The notes beneath the pieces were generated by a model. The model worked only from the letters and a program-made list of their open reading frames with translations, was not told the origin of the DNA and searched no databases. This document shows positions 13,501 to 26,883 of a stretch of 64,000 bases of DNA, in pieces (the first letter of the stretch is position 1; each line of letters begins with the position of its first letter). The position numbers and the translations under genes were made by a program. Source of the DNA: Torpedo marmorata (Eukaryota); the NCBI GenBank assembly GCA_977017645.1, contig OZ360238.1:59830001-59894000 (forward strand). The letters are read 5' to 3'.

Positions 13501-15023
13501 GCACTCGGGTCAGAGGGCTTTGCGGGCAGCTGAACATCGAGCACAACTAAACGTCCGACATCTTCATTTAGAGCTGAGCTTCATTCTCAGCATTTTAAGG
13601 CTGTTCTCTCTGCTTAAGCATGGTCTGCCGTCCTACAATTAATCTCATCCTATTCATCACAATGTGAACCTCCCTCTCTCATTCATCATATATTCATCCT
13701 CAACTATACTGGCCCCTTTTCCTCTCACTTTTTCTACTTAATCTATACTTTTGATTCATTATGGGTCAGTAGATCTGCATCCACCATGCCTTTTCTCTGA
13801 ATCTGTCCTCCCCTAAAAAGGCAGCCTAGAAGCCAGATGGGCAACTTTACAATCCATTTATCAAGCCCAATGCATCCTGCCTCAATAAGCATTCAGCATG
13901 TTTATTGCGTTAATGTGGCAAAGCGTCAGTGTAATCTGCAAATAATTTTCATTATTGTATTCTGACCTTACCAGTCTCAGCAGTTCGCACACAGAAACAG
14001 ACAGACGAATGTGTTTGAAAACCTCACAGCTGGTAGTTTTAATGTTAGCTTGCCATCCGTAACACCTCTCATATTTTATTGACCAAGTAACGACCTTTAC
14101 TCTGAAAAGGTCAAGAATGTTCAGTTCAAATGGCCTGAGCACCTCGAACAACTATAACAGATTGCCCATCAGAAGTTATGTTCTGGCAAATAAACTGTTG
14201 CCTTTACCTCTTGTGATGTAGTCAATTCAACACATTCAGGAAGTACCAGGGTTGAGGGCTGCAGCTGATCCCCTTCATCGGAAAAAATAAATTAGTGCAA
14301 TAACAGTTTGATTTATTTTTAAAAAAACATGAGTATAAATCATTTGTTGCTTTGGCACACATTTTTTGGTGTGATGACAATAGCCCGACCTCTGCGAGAG
14401 TGGCATGGAAGGAATATGGCAAATGTTTTATAGCTTTCAACGTTGGGCAGTTGATGGACACAATTGTTAGTCTTTCAGTCCAGATAACACAGATCATCTC
14501 AGCTTCACAACTAAATGTCACCATAACACTTTGATGAAGTAAACTGAGGTGTGTGGTAACAATCTGTTTGAGCTACTCTAGTGCTTCACATGTTCAAGAT
14601 GGTTCACTGGGTAGAAAAAAAACATCAAACAAGAAAAGGTCATAGGTGTATCAGCCACTGGGGACAAACTTCCCAGCAGAATTTCAAGTCAGTTAGTAAA
14701 ACCACGATTCAGAATATCCTTCTGCTTTAGCTTAAAACAACTGCGATGTTTCGTCAAAGCTCTGTGGCAGTTTGAAATGTAAAATCATTTCTTTTTAGTG
14801 GTGGTTACCGTCTTTGATTAAAATGTTCAATGCAAAGAAAGATATCTGCAGCCAGTTTTCCAATCCCCACCCATCAACAAAATTTCCTTTGCACAAAAAT
14901 GCCATTTATCACCTTCATTGATTTTTTCCATGAAGGAATGGGCGCTGTTAAACAAAACATGCACCACTGGAAACAATGGTTACCACAAATATAAAATGAC
15001 ACTGAATGCAAGCCTTGCCTTAC

Positions 15024-15148
15024 CTCATCCTCCAGATCTTCCTCATTTCTTGTCGCTCCTCAAGGAGTGGCAAAACACAACGAATAATTTGCTGCTTTTC
15101 CTCGAAACTCCATTCCGTCTTATTGATTTCACGCAGCAAAAGCTTTGT
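15024..15148 (-). CDS. FTO: FTO coding exon (equivalent to human exon 8)
   Basis: 125 bp between catttttttttAG-type acceptor and GTaagg. Translates TKLLLREINKTEWSFEEKQQIIRCVLPLLEERQEMRKIWRM(R), colinear with human TNAVLHEVKRE...ARQNLRREWHAR. Same length and phase (0/2) as the recalled human exon; not in the ORF track. Confidence 0.9.
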
Positions 15149-16784
15149 CTAAAAAAAATGTTTAAAAACTGGCAATAAAACTAAAAATTAATAAAAATTG
15201 CCCTATGGCAAATAACACAAGGAAAAAATAATCAATATGATCTTTATTACTCCCTTCTACCATGAGCAGATCAATAAAGCAAATGAAGTTAATGATGACC
15301 AAAATGGATAATATATTTATTTCCAGTAAATCAAGTTACACGGTGCACTTGGGGTGAACCTTTACAATTTTAAATAAATGTTTACAAGTTGGCCAGCGCA
15401 GCAAAGTTAAGGGTCAAAAGGTTCAGGTAATTCGGAAACCCTAAAAAGAGATGTTATCAAGAGAGATAGATACAAGAAAACAAAATCATTCTTCACATCT
15501 CAATTGCATATATTGCCTGGAAACAACTGACTCGACAGCTACCAGAGACTCTGAAAAGAGAGGAGTGCTTGCTGCTTAAAACCATACCAACAATTTTCCC
15601 TCTCTGTCTCTTTCTTTATTAGTTTAATGAAGGTTAATGACAGATAATTGTCTTCTGAGGCCCTTTGTTCATATGTTGTTGAGTGAGGCCTTCACATTTT
15701 TAAACTTTCATCCTTCTGAGCGTGACTATGTCAGAGACTGCAGCTTAAAGAGAACAAACAAACAGTTTGGGCAGCCCGAATGCCTGCCTTATCTCATCCT
15801 TCTGTTAGCAGAAGACTCAAACAGCACAAATGTTTAAAGGGTGATGAAAATTTATTCCTCTTTCCATGAAATCACCAAACATGCATTGGCATGACTTCTT
15901 CAATATTCCAGAAGGGAACACAGCTTTTAAAAGGAAGCAGGTACGTGCAAGGCCCAGATCTACCTGTTATTATCTTTCTGAATAAAGGATAAATGGAAAC
16001 ATTAATTGGCACAGGCTTTAAAACAATAAACCAATCTCAATTGCACAAACAGGCATCTTGGAAATTTTAGATAAATAAATTATATTTTCATTTCACATGA
16101 ATGCGCTGCTCCAAGTAGTTTTAGTGTTATTTCATGTTATCTTGCTACAATTTTATTCCAAAAGACGTTGAATACTCGTCCAAAATATTTACAACATCCT
16201 CTATTTTCTCCAATGCCTTTCCACAGACAACTGGCTGGAAGCAAGAGATGTAAGGGATGAAAAATCCTGGAGCCAGAAGATAAGAATGTTAGAGCCTGGT
16301 TACTGTTAAGATTTGGTTCCTAATAATAGCTCGGAGGCAATGAGTTTTTTTAAGCTCACAACAATGTTAACATGTTATGACTTAAATATTAACTGCTTAG
16401 GTAACATGCATTTTTACAATTGTGGATAAAGAAAAAAAATCCAGGCTTTACTCAGGAATTTATCTACTCTTGACATTGAGGTGAAAAGGTTTTTGATTTT
16501 TCAGGAGAAAAGCTGCACGAGGAAGAGGTTGTTACAAAGGTCAACTTCTCAGGGTTTGGAGCCATCATTTCAGCAGTGCCAACAAGCCTTGCATGTAAAC
16601 AGGCACAGGTAGAGCTCAAAACCAATATCCATGCTTTTGAGATGATTCTCTAATTCTGTGCGTGATTTATTGTTCAAAACATGAAGGACAATATGACTAA
16701 GGAAGCATCAAATAATTCATACCTTTACATATTTTGATTCGCTCATGATTTATGGACTTACTGGAATAAAACATTCAAAGCACA

Positions 16785-16960
16785 GACTTGGAAACTTTAA
16801 CAAAAAAAGAAAATGATGGAAATACTCAGCAGGCCAGGCTGCATCTGTGGGAAGAGAAACGGAGCAAATGTTTTCGGTCAAAGACCCTTAATCAAAACAT
16901 CTGCTGAATATCTCCAGCATTTTCTGTTGTTATTTTAGATTTCCAGTATCTGTAATTTTT
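16785..16960. mobile_element. Old fold-back Penelope terminal-repeat remnant
   Basis: gaaaatgatggaaatactcagcagg ... ctgctgaatatctccagcattttctg inverted pair. Confidence 0.6.
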
Positions 16961-17759
16961 TTGACTTGGTAGTTTTGCCCAGTCAGATAATTTGGCACTG
17001 AAGTGACTAACATGAAACAAAAATGTCCTGATGTTGTGATTTTGTTGTGGCATTTGATTTTGTGTTATCTCCATATGCTGTACTCATTTACTGCATTAAA
17101 ATGCACCAAGTACAATTTTTAGCAACTGTTGTCTGGTTCATCTGCAGCCGAGACAGGCTTGTGTAATACAAATTAGAATTCTGTCCTTCTTTAAACTCCT
17201 CAGCGTTTCCTATTAGCAGCGACCTTTCAACAAATACTTTATATTATTCAGAAAACTATGATGGTAATTATGCTGAGTCACTAAGAATTTATCAGGCTCT
17301 TTCGGACAGAGGGAAAGAGCAGTGGTAATAATCCAAGACTTTGAGAGAGAAGTAAACATAACGAGCCTATTTCTTGATTGTCATTTTTTTTAAATTGAAC
17401 TATTTTAGCTGCTGTTATTAAGTTTCAGACATTAGATATAGTTGGATTAAAGCGTTTGCCACTTTGATATTTCACGTCATGTTAATGCAAAATATTTAAT
17501 TACTGTATGTCTAATGAATTCTCATCTGGAATACTTTCTTGCTTACTAATTGTCACAAAGCATTTTATTTCACAATCCCATCCAACAACATTTAGTGCCT
17601 GCCATCTCTTTTTTAAAATTTTTATTCTGTTTTTGTCACTGGCATAGCCCTAATTTCCCTTATGGTGTTGCTAGTAAGTCACCTTCTTATGAATGGTCAC
17701 ATTTCTTCTGGGGAAGATCTTCCCTCACTGCTGTTCGGTAAGGAAAACCTGGATTTTAT

Positions 17760-18200
17760 GAAAGAATGGTGGCATGTGAAGATTGTGCGCGACTTGGAGG
17801 GGTACGTGTACCTGTTGCCTTTGTCCCTCTTGGTGTAGAGGTCACGGGTTTATGCATTTTGTAGCTACCACAGGCATGGGGTGTTGGAAGGAATGAATGA
17901 GTATATAGGACAGTGGATATGGTGAAGCAAACTGCTTCGTCGTGGATGGTGTCAGGCTTCTCAGGTGTTGGGGAGCTGTACATCAAGGCAAGTGGGAAAT
18001 GCTCCACTACTTGTTGATGTTAGAAAGGCTTTGGATGTCTCTTACTACAGAATACAGCGTCTGACCTGCTCTAGTAGGTAAAAAATTTATACATCGACCA
18101 TGGTGACTACAGGATGTATGCCATTGAATATCAAGAAGTGGTCTCCATCTTTTCGGAGGCAGTCATGAATGCTCCTCACTGCATATTAGTCCCTGTCTGA
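17760..18200 (-). mobile_element. Degenerate LINE fragment (same old family as 2095-2855)
   Basis: ttgtccctcttggtgtagaggtcacgggtt and related motifs, complementary to the 2.1-2.8 kb copy. Confidence 0.5.
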
Positions 18201-18651
18201 ATACTGAATCCCACAGTCCAGATGATTTCATTTTCCATTACTTTTTTTCATTTTGGGTAGGTGGTCTCAACCAAACTGTACACTTACACTTCACAAAAAA
18301 CCTGTCTTTTCAGTCAATCCAAATCTATGCTCTGTTCTCGTCACTTTACTCTGTGTACGTCTGTCTGTGGAAGGAGTTTCAGATAAATGTTTACCTGCCT
18401 CCAAAGTCAAGGGAAACTGCTGGTCCGGAGAGCGAACAGCTGCCATAACTTCACATTAGTTCAGAGTTATATAGGGTAGTTAAACTTTTAAGGTAAATCT
18501 GAGTTAGCAATAAATCCACCTAACCTGATCAAGTTAGGATTACAAAAAAGTTTGGACCCTGTTCAAATTAAATGCTATGTTTACATACAGGGAGACTAGA
18601 TTTTGATAGTTGGCAAGATTACTCCTTTTAGGAGCTACCTTTCCTTTTCTA

Positions 18652-19660
18652 CTTTTTTTTAAATATTTTATTTAAATTTTTAAATCACAAATTACATAAA
18701 ATAATTTTGCATATAATTCTTTAAAAATACATGTGATTACATTTTCTCCCCCCCTTCCCACCCTCCCCTCCCTAGCCCCTATATCCCCCTATTCTAAATT
18801 TTAAAGTAAAATAATAAAAAGAAGAAAAAGAAAAGATAGAAAAATAGAGAAATAGAGTGAGGAGTCAAAACTTAAAAACTAATATACCTTAGAGGTTATT
18901 TCGCCAGCGGATCTGATATCCAGAGAATTTACAATGTTAAACCCATAATCCTCATATATGGGCCCCAAATTTTCAAAAAGGAATGATATTTATTTCGTAA
19001 ATTATAAGTAATTTTTTCTAATGGTATACATGACCGTAACTCTGCATGCCATCTCTCTAGATTTAAATCAACATCCGATTTCCAAGTAATAGCTATACAC
19101 TTTTTCGAAACTGCTAATACTATACGTAAAAATTCTACTTGATACATATTTAATCTATTTCTGATACTAAATTTTTTAATATCTCCAAATAAAAATAACA
19201 TAGGATCCATTATAACTTCAACATTAAAAATTCTTTCTAAAAAATTCTTAACTTTCAACCAAAAATTTTGAATTTTTGGACATGACCATGTACAGTGTAC
19301 AAAAGAACCTATTTCAGTTTTACATCTAAAACACATATCTGATAACGCTGGATTGAATTTCTTCAGTTTTTTAGGTGTTAAATATAGTTGATGAAAAAAA
19401 TTATATTGTACTAATCTATATCTCACATTAATAACTTTAGTCATACTTAATTTACATAAATCTCTCCAGTGATTTTCATCTATATTAACATTTAAATCCA
19501 ATTCCCATTTTAATCTAGATTTATGCGCTCCTACTTTAGACATCTTCCTTTGAAACAATTTATACATTTGCGATATAAACTTATTAACATTAACTTTAGT
19601 AATTAACAATTCCTTTCCTTTTCTACTTAATTGTGTTCCCTTTGCTTCTTCTGCTGAACA
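18652..19660 (-). mobile_element. L1-clade LINE 3' end
   Basis: ORF 18929-19663 with CFRCK...HCTWSCP zinc knuckle and LEKITY; poly-T at 18653. Confidence 0.92.
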
Positions 19661-19979
19661 CATTAATGCAATACTTTTCCCCGTGTGACGCTATACACCT
19701 GAGACCCTAGCTATGTTGGCATTATTCAGGGGACAGATACATAATGCCTGTCTACATTAGACATTCTGCCACCTGATTCGTCCACCAATGAACATATCTA
19801 AATCAAGCTGAATCTTCCCCTCATACAAGCTGTAGGACCAGAACCATTATCCCAGGTGAAGCAAGATAAATCTGCAGGTTTTCTGCAGGTCTGCTTATAA
19901 CACTTTCAGATTTGTGTTAAAATAGCAGGAAGCACAAAATCTGGTTTAAAAAATATTCTAAAATGGTAAGGAACCATTT

Positions 19980-20235
19980 GGGCGGCACGGATGGAGCAGC
20001 GGTTAGCGCAACATCTTTACAGCGCCAGCGATCGGGACTGGGGTTCGAATCCCGCGCTGTCTGTTGTATGTTCTCCCCGTGTCTGCGTGGGTTTTCTCTG
20101 AGGGCTCCGGTTTCCTCCCACCGTTCGAAACGTACCGGGGGTGTAGGTTAATTGGGTGTAAATTTGGTGGCACGGATTTGTGGGCCGAAATGGCCTGTTA
20201 CCGTGCTGTATGTCTAAATTTAAATTTTTTAAAAT
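19980..20235 (+). mobile_element. tRNA-derived V-SINE (HE1-like)
   Basis: A box, B box GGTTCGAATCC, V-domain ttctccccgtgtctgcgtgggttt, CR1-like tail. Confidence 0.92.
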
Positions 20236-20329
20236 TTGGAACAAAAAAATGGAGATCTTGATGCTTTGGTTCACAAAAGGCACAGCTGGCATGCAGCTTG
20301 TGCAGGCAATTAAAATGCAAACAATATAT

Positions 20330-20895
20330 TAGCCTCCAGTGCAAAGGGTTTAGAGTACAAGAGCAAGGAAGCCTTGCTGCAATTGTCCAGATCTTTGGTA
20401 TCACATCTGGTCCACTGTTGCACTTCTGGTCTCCATATGTAATGAAGGGTCAACTTGCCTTGCAGATAGTGCAGCATAGATTTGCTAGATGGATTCCTGG
20501 GTCTGTCCTATGAGATCAGATCAAGCAAGGCTGGTCCGAACTCACTACAGTTTAAAAGACTGAGATAATATTTAATTGCAATGAAGATTCAAAGTGGAGT
20601 GACAGCTTCAAAATGGTTCACTCAGAGTGGAAAGTCTAAATCTAAAGGGTATTGACAGGCTAAAGAGTAGGCTGTTTAGGGAGGTAAGAATGTCTTTATA
20701 CAGTGGGCTGCAAATCTTTGGAACTATCTTCAAAGTTCTGTACTCACTACAGTATTTTCAAGTCTGAAGTCAACAAATTTTTGTACATCAAGGAAATCAA
20801 GAGATCAAGAGGAAAAGTACATGTAGGACAAATCACCCATAATATATTGAATGACAGATCAGGCTCGACGAACCCTACAACCTGCTCCAGATTCT
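20330..20895 (+). mobile_element. Highly decayed CR1 LINE fragment
   Basis: Remnants of the CVQFWSP/VQRRFTR region (ttctggtctccata, gtgcagcatagatttgctagatg). Confidence 0.55.
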
Positions 20896-20902
20896 ATATC
20901 TT

Positions 20903-21122
20903 AAATTTAAATTTAGAGATACAGCACTGTAACAGGCCCTTTTGGCCCATGAGCCTGCACTGCCCAATTACACCCAATTGACCTACAACCTCCGTACCTT
21001 TTTGAAAAGTGGGAGGAAACCCACGCAGACACGGGGAGAACTTACAAACTCCTTACACACAGCATGGGATTCGGCTGCAGGCGCTGTGACATCGTTGCGT
21101 TAACCACTACACTAACCGTGCT
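20903..21122 (-). mobile_element. V-SINE
   Basis: Reverse complement of the 19980 family; flanking tatctta duplication. Confidence 0.88.
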
Positions 21123-24100
21123 AGCAGTATCTTACATAATACTGCTGCCTCACCATCTCCTGAAATTATAATTTTCAAAATTTTCCTTTTTTTAATAATG
21201 AAATCTCTTACAAACTAGTGGGCAATAACAAGTAGAGAACTTTTAGAATGACACAATAAATTATCATAATTCAAAAGTGACTTGTTACACTTATATAATA
21301 AATAGAGGGAAATTTGGAAAGCCAAAATGTATTTCATTATTCTAAGTGACTGCTTTTGGCCTGTAGTTTTAGGGGGAATGCAAAGTGAAGCAAAGGGGAG
21401 AGGGCTTGACACAATATCTTGGTGGTCCTAAAGTTGCACTGCTATTATTCTCTGATTCCCACAAAAAAAATTATAATTTATCTTTCTGAGGCAACTTTAT
21501 CATGTAAGTGTTATATATTTATATTCGAAAATGGCAATGTGGTCCTATCTCTGTCATTGAGCCTCAATTTACACTCTATCTATAACCTGGACGCCCAACA
21601 ATACACTCAATATTGCAGCAAACTGAAATTACTACACTAACAAATCAGTACTTGTGTTGAGCACGTTTATTAAGCCTTTCTTCCAGGAACGAGAAAAAAA
21701 AAAGCAGATACCATGTTATTTTTAATATGTGGGAAAAAAAGCATCAGCTAATTCAGCAAACTTCTCAGTTCAGTTTGCTCCAACACACTTTAATTCCTAT
21801 TGATTGTAAGTGCAATGTAATACGTTTAGCAGTTCAACATAAGGCTGACTTAAGACGAGACAAGAAAGGAAGTGGTCACTTCAGAATTTTCTGTTATTCT
21901 ACTCTAACCTCAAGTGTTCAAAACTAAAAGCTGTTCCTTGTGCTGCCAGAAATGCATTCTTACCCAATCAGGTTCTTGAAGTTACAAAAGATAAGTCATT
22001 TGGCACCCTCTAATGCATGGGTGATTTACCCTCAGAGCAAGCCACTTCTTTTGCCTGACATCAATTATTTCAGGAGAGAAGTAAGCTTTGCATACATGCC
22101 AGATTATATGAAGTGTAAAACATTGGCAAAAAAATGCTTTTGAAGAGAAACGAAAGAAATTACACTTGCAAGAGGAACCAGCTGACAGTCTAGTCCTTAA
22201 CAAGTGAATATTCTTCAAACCATCGTGAATGCAAGAGCAGAGGCCGTCCTTTGTTTTCTTTTCCTTAGAATGTCCTTAACTCAACAGTTGCCTGCACGGC
22301 TGAACATATGTTTTTGCAGAAGTACTGAGGCACAAAGGAAGTCTTTGTTGTATTTCAGTCTTTTGTATTTAATTCTTTTCTCTTTTTGCTCAGTTTCAAA
22401 CACGTTACAGCAAGCACTTATGGTCCTAATGAAAGCTGAAGAAGTCCGTCTGCTACATGCTTCAATAATGATTCAGAATTACTGGATAGAATCGAGCTAC
22501 AAAGCACACAAGCAAATGCATTTCATTGTTCTGGTCTGTATGCTGCCCATGTACACATGGCTGAAACAAAATTTTACTTGGAAAAAAAGGAAACGTGTGC
22601 GTACAAAACAACTTCAACACTATTATTGTTTTGAAGTACCTAGATTTGGTCTTATTATTATGGTTGTCATGTGAATTCAGAGGGCAAGTAAAATGATAAT
22701 ATAATTGTCTTTCAGGGATTAAGACACCAAATAACCAAAAGGGGTAAAAGATAAAGAGCAATGGGGATGGGGGGGGGGGGTGCTGAAGGAAGGTGAATGG
22801 GAGAGACGAAAGAAAGAGTAATGGAGGAAAGATTTCTCAAATGATATGTGAGGGTCAGTGTACACACCAAAAAGGTCAAGGGAGCAAACCTTCCCCGCAC
22901 CTCCCCTCCCCCCATGCCCACCCCTCACCACCTTCAAAAATATCCATTGTTAAATGAATAAATGAGGTTGTGCTTCGATGCGCAAAGCGAAAGCTAAACA
23001 ACTGTGCTATGGAGATACAAATAACGGACTCCCATTGTGACCGTTCTACAATGTTATTTAGCTTACAGAGCCCTTGCCTTGCACCCTCCCCAGATACAAC
23101 TTCTGCACACATTAATGAAAACAAAAGGAGGCACTTTAAATTGTAACCATGCCATAGGATTATCCACGTGACCTCAAAGGATCGGCTACTTGTGTGAGGC
23201 AGATACCTTTTTGACTGTTCACACAAGAATTACTTCAGTTGGAGAAAGGAAAGACAATTAAAACAATCCAAAAAGCATGTTCGACAGCTGTCCAGATTTT
23301 AGCTCTATCTGACCTTTGTGTGGAAGTTGAGTGGAAAAGAACGAAGATAACAGCAAGGAAGATAGAAGGGTCTGAAGGAGCACATCTTTCCTATTTTTTT
23401 TTGATCAGCCAACAAGATCCAGCAGAGCTTGTTTAAAATATATATTAAAAAAATGCTGTAAGCTGGTTTAAAAAAACACTCCTATCTTTTTCACTGGGCT
23501 AATTGAAAGACAAGTGTAATAAAAAATGAGTGGACTTCTGCCACCTGTTTGACAGCCTCAAATTATCAAACCATTAGAGCAATACAAACTTTAAAATGCA
23601 AACATCACTCCAAACTGAACAAGAGATTGATTAAGCTGTTCGAACAAGTTCAAAGAATTAAGCAATATTGAAGAGATTGATGAGGAAATGAAATCAAAAG
23701 GCTTTCAGACAACTAGAGCAATGAATTTGTAAGAGAAAACAAAACCGACTAGGAGGCAGGCTTAAAGGTAGATAACTCACCTCCAGGCACACTTCCACAT
23801 TCTTTAAATTATCTTCTGCACTGAATTGGCTCTGTTATCCTTGAGGATAACAAATGAGGGAATAAAATTAATGACACCTTGTCCAAAATACAAAAGGAAG
23901 AGAAACCTGGTCCTGAATATCATATTACACAAAAATAATTAATGAAATCTAAAAGTTATTGCAGTTATGCATGCCTACTGTTCGTTTTCTTCCAGATGCT
24001 CTTATACTTGACACCTTCCTTACATATTTTAAATAATTAATAATTAGTGAATGCTGCTTTGGATTTTGTTATGCAAATTAGCAATCAAATTGATTCTGCC

Positions 24101-24299
24101 TTGGTTAAGCACACCAAATAAAGTACAATTCCCTTGTAAATGGAAAGGGAAATACACTGAAGGCAAAACAGTTTAAAAGAGCAGATGATTGTGCCACTGG
24201 TTTGTGAAAAGTGCATTTCCTTATTCGTGCATGTGATGCAGACATTTTTGGGAAGGCCAGCTTTTATTCTCAGTTCCCAATTGCAGAGAAATGGATCAG

Positions 24300-24765
24300 A
24301 GGTCAATCCACAGGACCATAAGAGTGGCAGAGAGGATCACTGGAGTCTCCCTCCCCCCCTACCCCATCGACGTGATCTACCGGGATCGTTGTCTGAAGAG
24401 GGCGAGCAAAATCATTAAGGAACCCTTGCAACCTGCACACAGCATCTTTCAGCTACTCTCATTGGGAAAGAGATACAGGAGTATTCAGAGCCAGCACCAC
24501 CAGGCTGAGGAACAGTTTCGTCCCACAGGCAGTGAGAATGCTGAATGACAAAGGAACTGCTCACATTAACCATCTGAGAGTCTCACATTACATAAAAATA
24601 TTTATTTATTTATTGTATATATGAATACTTGTCCTGCATATGTATTGTTGGTCTGTATGTGTGTTATGTCTGGTTGTGTGTCTGCGTGTTTTGCACTGAG
24701 AACCTGAGAACGCTGTTTCGTCGGATTGTACTTGTGCAATCAGATGACAATAAAATTGACTTGAC
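24300..24765 (+). mobile_element. Rex1/Babar LINE 3' end
   Basis: AERITG...RCLKRASKII...FQLL.LGKRYRSI motif; ttgacttgac tail. Confidence 0.85.
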
Positions 24766-26883
24766 GTAAAGAGGGGTTGATGGGCAGCATTCTCAGTATT
24801 CCTCCAGCTTGTAATAAGGGACTCTGGCCATTATGTTGTACAGTGAGCTCCAGAAGTTAACCCATACTGTGATGTATGCAAAAATGTTGGGTTGTAATTG
24901 GTGGACATGACAAAGTGAAGATGGCTTGGTAAATTGTCACTCATATAAAGATTTGCATTTTCACGGCTGAGATTTTGACAAGAAAAGGGAATTCAAGGTG
25001 ATGGAGATCAGGCAAGAAATTAGAGCAAATATCAGATCAGCTAAAATAACTGGAAATGCTAAGGGCAGCTCACTAAAGTACCCCAATGTGATTTCTGAAT
25101 CAAAAGTGTACAGGATGATGTCACTTCCCAAGCATCACTTGTCACTGCAAGTAACTTCAGTGATGACCTGAGTGATGTCTGTCACTGGGCTAAAATCATA
25201 ATTTCGTAGGAACACAGATTAGGGAGCTTGGAAAATCACATCACATCCTTCATACCCAGTCAGAGTGCTCCATTCCCCAGGCTGCCCACCTCCCAATCGT
25301 CGAACTCCTATGCCCTGACCCCCCTGATTTGCCACATTCTCAATCCTGTGGTCACTTTATTACTACATTCCAATACTGCGATCGTCCCTCTCCCGACAAA
25401 GCTACTGACTTCACTACCTCCCTGATTTCCCTCCCTATTAAAACTGTTCTCTCTCCCAATCCAATTCACGTTTATTAAATTGCTGCCTCATTACTTTTCA
25501 AACTGTCAAAAGCACAGAATCACAACTCATTCCTCATTCTCACCATCCAAACTACAGTTTGATGTCATGAAACATACTTGATCAGGGAGTTGGGCGCAAA
25601 GCATCCTGAATCCAGCCTCAGATCTAAGCTCTGAGGGACAGATTTTCATGGCTGAAAATGTCCAATACTGGTCAGTTGTGTTCAAGGTCTTGGGCCTCTC
25701 TGATGAAGAGAGAACGTGTGTACGATTGACTTATGCTTCCTGAAATTTATAAGAATGAGAGCTCTCACTGAGCAATGCAATGTCCTAAAAGGATGGCAGA
25801 GCACACCATTTCCTCTGGCCGGGAATATAGAACTGGCGGGCATAATCTCATGATCAGGGGTTTACCATTCAGTTCTGGGATGAAGTTTCTTTAAGCAGCA
25901 GATTGTAATAGTTTTGAATTCCACCTTGCACGGCTGAAGTCAATAGGTCATTCGAAATTGAAGGTATCAAAAGGAGATTGGGAAAGTGGACAAGGAGCTA
26001 AGTGATGGGGATGTTTTTAAAATAACTAATGAAGAGGAGGCTCAATGGGCCATAATGGCCCCTTTCTGCTCCCACTTTCAAAGTCATGAGAGTGTGGTAC
26101 CCATTTATTCCTATTCTTCCATAGGCATTGTTCTGCCAGATTGGTAATGACAAAGTCCAGTTCTCTCATCACCAGCCATTGGACAGTTTTGAAGTTGTAT
26201 CCCAGAGGTTTCATCCTGTGCAATCAGTAGCAGTCCCACCATAACCCTCCTGGCCATGGAAAATGACATGCACCATCCATGCTAAATAGTGTAACTTCGC
26301 TAACCTTCTTGCTGCTTCTAAATGGTGGAGTAAAAATTCATCCACTGGGATAGGATGGTAATACTGCAATCAGTATTGCAGCTGAAGTCCTTGGTCATTT
26401 TTGATCAGGTCAAATAAGTCACACGCCATAAGGTTATTAATGAAAATCTCAAGGCCTCAGCCTCACAACTGTACACCATTCAGCTGTCCAATTTGGAGGG
26501 AGTGTCATCAACGGAAAGTGACAGAGGAGTTTGGGTAACTAACATGAGCCACCTGTGAGACAGTTTTCCCAATGTCGGCACAGACCCCCTGCTTGTAGCG
26601 AGGATGGCATTGAAAGCATAATGAAACTGGGTTTGACTTTGTCTTTGCTGAAGTTAACACCAAGGTTGGTGCTGGGTGGTATGTCATGTATCATTACGTC
26701 ACTGCAAGTGGATGCAACTTGTGATTAGCTCGGCCATTTCAGACAGCAGTTGAGAGTCAATCACAGGACAGTGGGTCCAGACACATGCAAGGTCAGTCAG
26801 GTTGCCTTCTCCAAAAGACATTCGTGAACCAGATGGTTATTGTGGCAAGCTGGTCACTACAATTGACATCGTCTTAATATTCC

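Noticed and set aside
23775-23830. Strong minus-strand donor (GAG|gtgagt) as an extra FTO exon
   Set aside because: Exons 7 and 8 already join in frame without missing sequence, and the upstream translation has no similarity to FTO.
25110-25185. Box C/D snoRNA-like TGATGA/CTGA motifs
   Set aside because: Antisense to the host gene, boxes wrongly spaced, no terminal stem or recognisable guide.
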